Positions 32,613-36,512 of a stretch of DNA of 36,512 bases are shown here, one piece after another. Made by a program: the position numbers and the translations under genes. Each line of letters opens with the position of its first letter. Position 1 is the first letter of the stretch. The notes under the pieces are model-generated. The model made no database searches. It was given only the letters and a program-made list of their open reading frames with translations, and was not told the origin of the DNA. The stretch is from Octopus bimaculoides (lineage: Eukaryota). The DNA is taken from contig NC_068984.1 in NCBI RefSeq assembly GCF_001194135.2, positions 53,310,067 through 53,346,578 of the forward strand, read 5' to 3'.

Positions 32613-33919
32613 TACATGTTGGCTGGTAGCAGGATTATGGCAAGGGGCCAAAATGTTTGACTCAATTGAGAAAGATGAAAGCTTAGAAAACATGCATATA
32701 GAGAATTGTGTTTTGCTCTTAGGGGGCTTTTTGTATAAACTGCTATCTTGATAGTGTAGTTTTTATAATATTAAGAAGATAGTATTCCGCATTATTGCAG
32801 ATAATATTCCAAAATTATTTGCTACTAATTTCCAATAGCCAGGTACACTGAAGAAGTGTAGAATATACTATTCTGCTCAGGAAGAAAGAAGTGGTCTAAG
32901 TAAACTTGATAATCTGTGAGCATGTAACCCAATTATTTACCTATTCAGTGAACCCACTTCTAGTTTTTACTACAATAAGGAGATTTAACAGACTTGAAGA
33001 ATTAGCAAATACTTTGTGAGATATTTTAACATAGAGGTGATTCTATAGGAACAATATTTAAATAGAATTATTAAAGAAGTGAAAAATCCAGGAAGAATGG
33101 TCAATACTAAAATCATTAAAAAAATGATTTGAGAAAGAGAGAGAGAGGGAGAGAGAATGGGAGTTATGGTGAATGTTATCAATGTAGCATAAGACTTGGT
33201 CAGATAACAACTGGTGATCCTGTCAGTTGCTGGGGCAATGAAGGTAGCAGATAATTTTGAAGACTTTTGTAAGACAAAAGTTTTGTTTATCATGGAAATC
33301 TAAGGTGGAAGAATAGGTAGCTGTGATGAAAAAATATTGGGGAATTAAAAAAAAATATTACACAGGTTGGGAAAAGAGAATGAAAGATATATATCTTACA
33401 TGGGATAAAGATGTAATGACGAAATTTAATGAGAAGATGCATCAGAGAAATGATGAAGAACATTAATTATTGTGGTCATTTATTTAGATTGATTATAATA
33501 TTAGTTGTTACAATATATAAGAAATATACAACTTCATTGAGTTGTTTGTGTGTACACAGCACTTTTGCAGATCTCCAGTCCAGTCTGTATGATAGTAGTT
33601 TCATCTCTGTGACTGCTAAGGAGAAAGACAGAATAAAAGGAATGTATGCAGATAAATAGAATAACAGTTGTGTTCTCACACTCACGACAGGACATATCTG
33701 AGGTGAGGAAGATAGCCACGCTTATTGGTAGGCACTGAATTACCAAAATAGAGTGACTGATGTTTGCTTGTGTATTTGTAATTTTGCCAGTTTAATTAGA
33801 TCAGTTGAGAACAATAGGATTCTTCACTATATCAGTTTTGACCTGTGAATGCCTCGAAAAAGCTCTAAGAGGTCAGTTCATTCTCTTAATGCAGAAAAGC
33901 AAAACAATAGCCTGATGGC

Positions 33920-34286
33920 TTCTTTTACTTGTTTCAGTCATTAGACTGCAGCTGGGGCACTGCCTTGAAGATTTTTAGTCAAATGAAATGAACCCAGTGC
34001 TTTTTGTTTTTTGAAGTCTGGTACTTATTCTATCAGTCTCTTTTGCCAAAGGTGTTAAATTACAGGGATGTAAACAAACCAGCACCAGTTTTCAAGCAGT
34101 GGTGGGGAACAAACACAGACACACACACATATACAACAGGCTTTCTTCCATTTCCATCGACCAAATCCACTCACTTTGATTGACCTGAGGCTATAGTAGA
34201 AGACACTTGCCTGAGATGCCATGCAGTGGGACTGAACCCAGAACCACGTGGTTAGGAAGCAAACTTCTTACCATACAGCCACGCCT
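33920..34286 (-). mobile_element. tRNA-derived SINE, family A
   Basis: Reverse-complement homology to 3381-3800. Confidence 0.88.
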
Positions 34287-34867
34287 ATTCAACAATGTAG
34301 AAAAATGTGGATTCCATTTTGAATCCTAGCTTAGGTATTCTGTAGCTGTTCGTTATAAGGACATGAGCTTTGGGAATAGAAGATAGAATAGATATTAATA
34401 TAAGTGAGGGAGAAGTATCATAATAGTTGGTGTTATGGCAAATGTTAATATAATGAGGAAAGAGTGTCCTAGAGATTTGAGGTGAATGTAGATGCTAGTG
34501 TAACTGAGGGAGAAGTGACCACTGTATATGGGTGATATTAGTATATTAGGATATAACAGTGATATTAGAGAGTGGAGGAGTGCCCAAGAGATTTAGGATG
34601 AATGTAGATATTAGTGCAGAGAGTGGAAGAGTGTTTTATAGATATTTTTAAAAAATTGTTATTCTGCTTAAAAGAAATAAAACTTAAGGAATACAACTGT
34701 TCCCAACATTTCTCTGTGGAGAAATCAATACTGGAGTTATACAATAATTATAAGGATTCATTTAGACATTTTAACTACATTTATTCAACTTCTAAACTTG
34801 AACTTTGGAAAGAAAACTTGAGAATGACTGATGATGAAACTGATTAAATATAGAGTAGATGTAATTA

Positions 34868-35190
34868 TTGGTTTAATATTTTGGCACAAGACCAGGAATT
34901 ACAGGGGAGAAGGCAAGCCAATTACACTGACCCTGGTGCTCAACTGATACATATTTCATCAACCCCGAAAGGATGAAAGGCAAAGTTGACCTTTGTGAAA
35001 TTAGTACTTAGAACATGAAGATGAATGGAATGCCACTAAGCATTTTGCCTGGTATGCTAATGATTCTGCAAGCTTGCTGCTTTCAAGAGTGTAAATATTG
35101 GTTTCAAATTTTGGTACAAATCCAACAATTTCAGGGAGGGGTAAATTGATTACCTCAGTATTCAACTGGTACTTATTTTGTCAACCCTGA
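34868..35190 (-). mobile_element. SINE family B, one full copy (34868-35083) plus a partial 3' copy (35097-35190)
   Basis: Homologous to 30205-30405. Confidence 0.8.
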
Positions 35191-35737
35191 AGTAGATGTG
35201 TTTCATCACAAAAAAATTAGTCCTAAAAATTATAAACTCATTAAGAACCTATTCCAGACCTTTAGTTGTTTAGTCATGTTTCAAATTCTTGAAAGTGCTA
35301 GGGGATGAAAACATATACAATGTAGATATTCAGTTGGGATGTTGCTTGTGAAAGAATAAAGTTTAGCTTATATTTAGTTAGCAATCTTGCTTAATGAATT
35401 TGTTTCCCAAATGACTTCCAGTACAAACTGAAAGCAGTATAACATATTAAACCAATATGAACTAAGAGAAATACATTAACATGTTACAGAAAAAAATTCT
35501 CGATTAACTTCAGTATGCCATCTCACAAGCTGCAAAAAAAAAAAAAACTTTCCAAACTAGCAGACAAAAGTGATATGACACTATATTCAAATAAGTTTTA
35601 GTCGTCACTATTTTTGTTTCCTTTTTAAATCTAAGTCATGTTATTGATATATTTCATATTTACTTACAACCAACAAATACTGTAATATCTAAGGGACAGT
35701 TATAGATTTCTCATTGTGGATTCTATAACCGTCTCAA

Positions 35738-35770
35738 AAGTGGCTGTGTGGTAAGAAGCTTGCTTCCCAT
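35738..35770 (+). mobile_element. SINE family A head fragment, interrupted
   Basis: AGTGGCTGTGTGGTAAGAAGCTTGCTTCCCA matches the SINE A head, then breaks off. Confidence 0.7.
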
Positions 35771-36512
35771 GCATGTGTTGATTTTTGACGAGTCGGACGG
35801 AATTTTTTGTGCTGTTTGACAGCGGGTGTTATACAGGTAGAGATAATGTATTCAGACCTTAGCGAGTATGAGCTGTCCTCAGCAGAAGAGGAGCTCATTA
35901 AGGTGTAAATAGAATGGCCGAGCATTTGGAAAGAATAAAGAGTTTTGCAGAGGTGAAGAAAAGGGAAGTGGACCTAGCCGGACTGAAGAAGCTGAGTAAG
36001 ATGACACAGAAGGTGGATGGTGACGTAAAGTTATTCCCCCGAAAAGGGTCATGGAAAATATGGAAAAGAAGACCATTACCTACAAGGTGTACTCAGTGGA
36101 GAGTAGGAAGGCAGAGCGGATGGAGATGGGAAAAATAGAAAAAGCATTGAAGGGGCTTTCGAAGAAAGTGACATACATAGCAAAAGGAAATGGATATGGG
36201 ACGGTGGTTGTCCAGTTTAGGACAGCAGAGGAGTTAAAGAGGCTGGCGAGTGCAACTGTAAAAACTGAGGAAGTGGTACTTCTACCCACGTACTTTGGAA
36301 GAAAGACTTCTAAGGTGAGGGTAGAAGGAATTCCACTCGATATATAAGTGGTTTGGGTTGCGGCAGCCGTCCTCGTTGGAAATGAGGAGGAGGTGGCTGT
36401 CCTCCAGGCCATAGAAACGAAGGATGGAGGATGGAGAGGAAAAACACTGGACCTCATTATACAGGCAGAGGAAAGGCAATTGGAGAGTTTGGTGGAGACG
36501 GTGATGTTTGGA
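35771..36512 (+). mobile_element. 5' UTR and degenerate ORF1 of a probable Tx1/L1-like LINE (continues beyond the window)
   Basis: CpG-containing leader, then frameshifted MAEHLERIKSFAEV.../..KVTYIAKGNGYGTVVVQFRTAEE...KVRVEGIPLDI, RRM-like (V.F and V.V.GIP motifs of LINE ORF1). Confidence 0.55.

Noticed and set aside
32848-32900. CTGAAGA followed by a hairpin GTAGAATA/TATTCTGC
   Set aside because: GAAA is displaced from the stem and helices I and III do not close.

Overview
AT-rich, gapped eukaryotic genomic DNA with no recognisable intact host gene. The repeat families (tRNA-derived SINEs with microsatellite cores, RTE LINE tails ending in (GAT)n) look to me like an octopus/cephalopod assembly; this is inferred from recognition, not a database result. 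The window is a mosaic of decayed mobile elements: RTE, Tx1/L1-like, CR1/Jockey-like, CRE-like and RLE-type LINE relics, an internally deleted Ty3/Gypsy element (gag plus two LTRs), two Tc1/mariner relics, piggyBac-like and pogo-like MITEs, two Helentron-type (DINE-1/HINE-like) elements, a foldback element with head-to-head TTAGGG-like repeats, and many SINEs and microsatellites. The most notable signal is not visible in the ORF track: several minimal type I hammerhead-ribozyme motifs of the Penelope-like-element type. One has a complete catalytic consensus (22729-22785, minus strand), two lie in the arms of a near-perfect 143-bp inverted duplication (1128-1443), and three to four more are decayed. 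A few candidate host exons are flagged at low confidence only.
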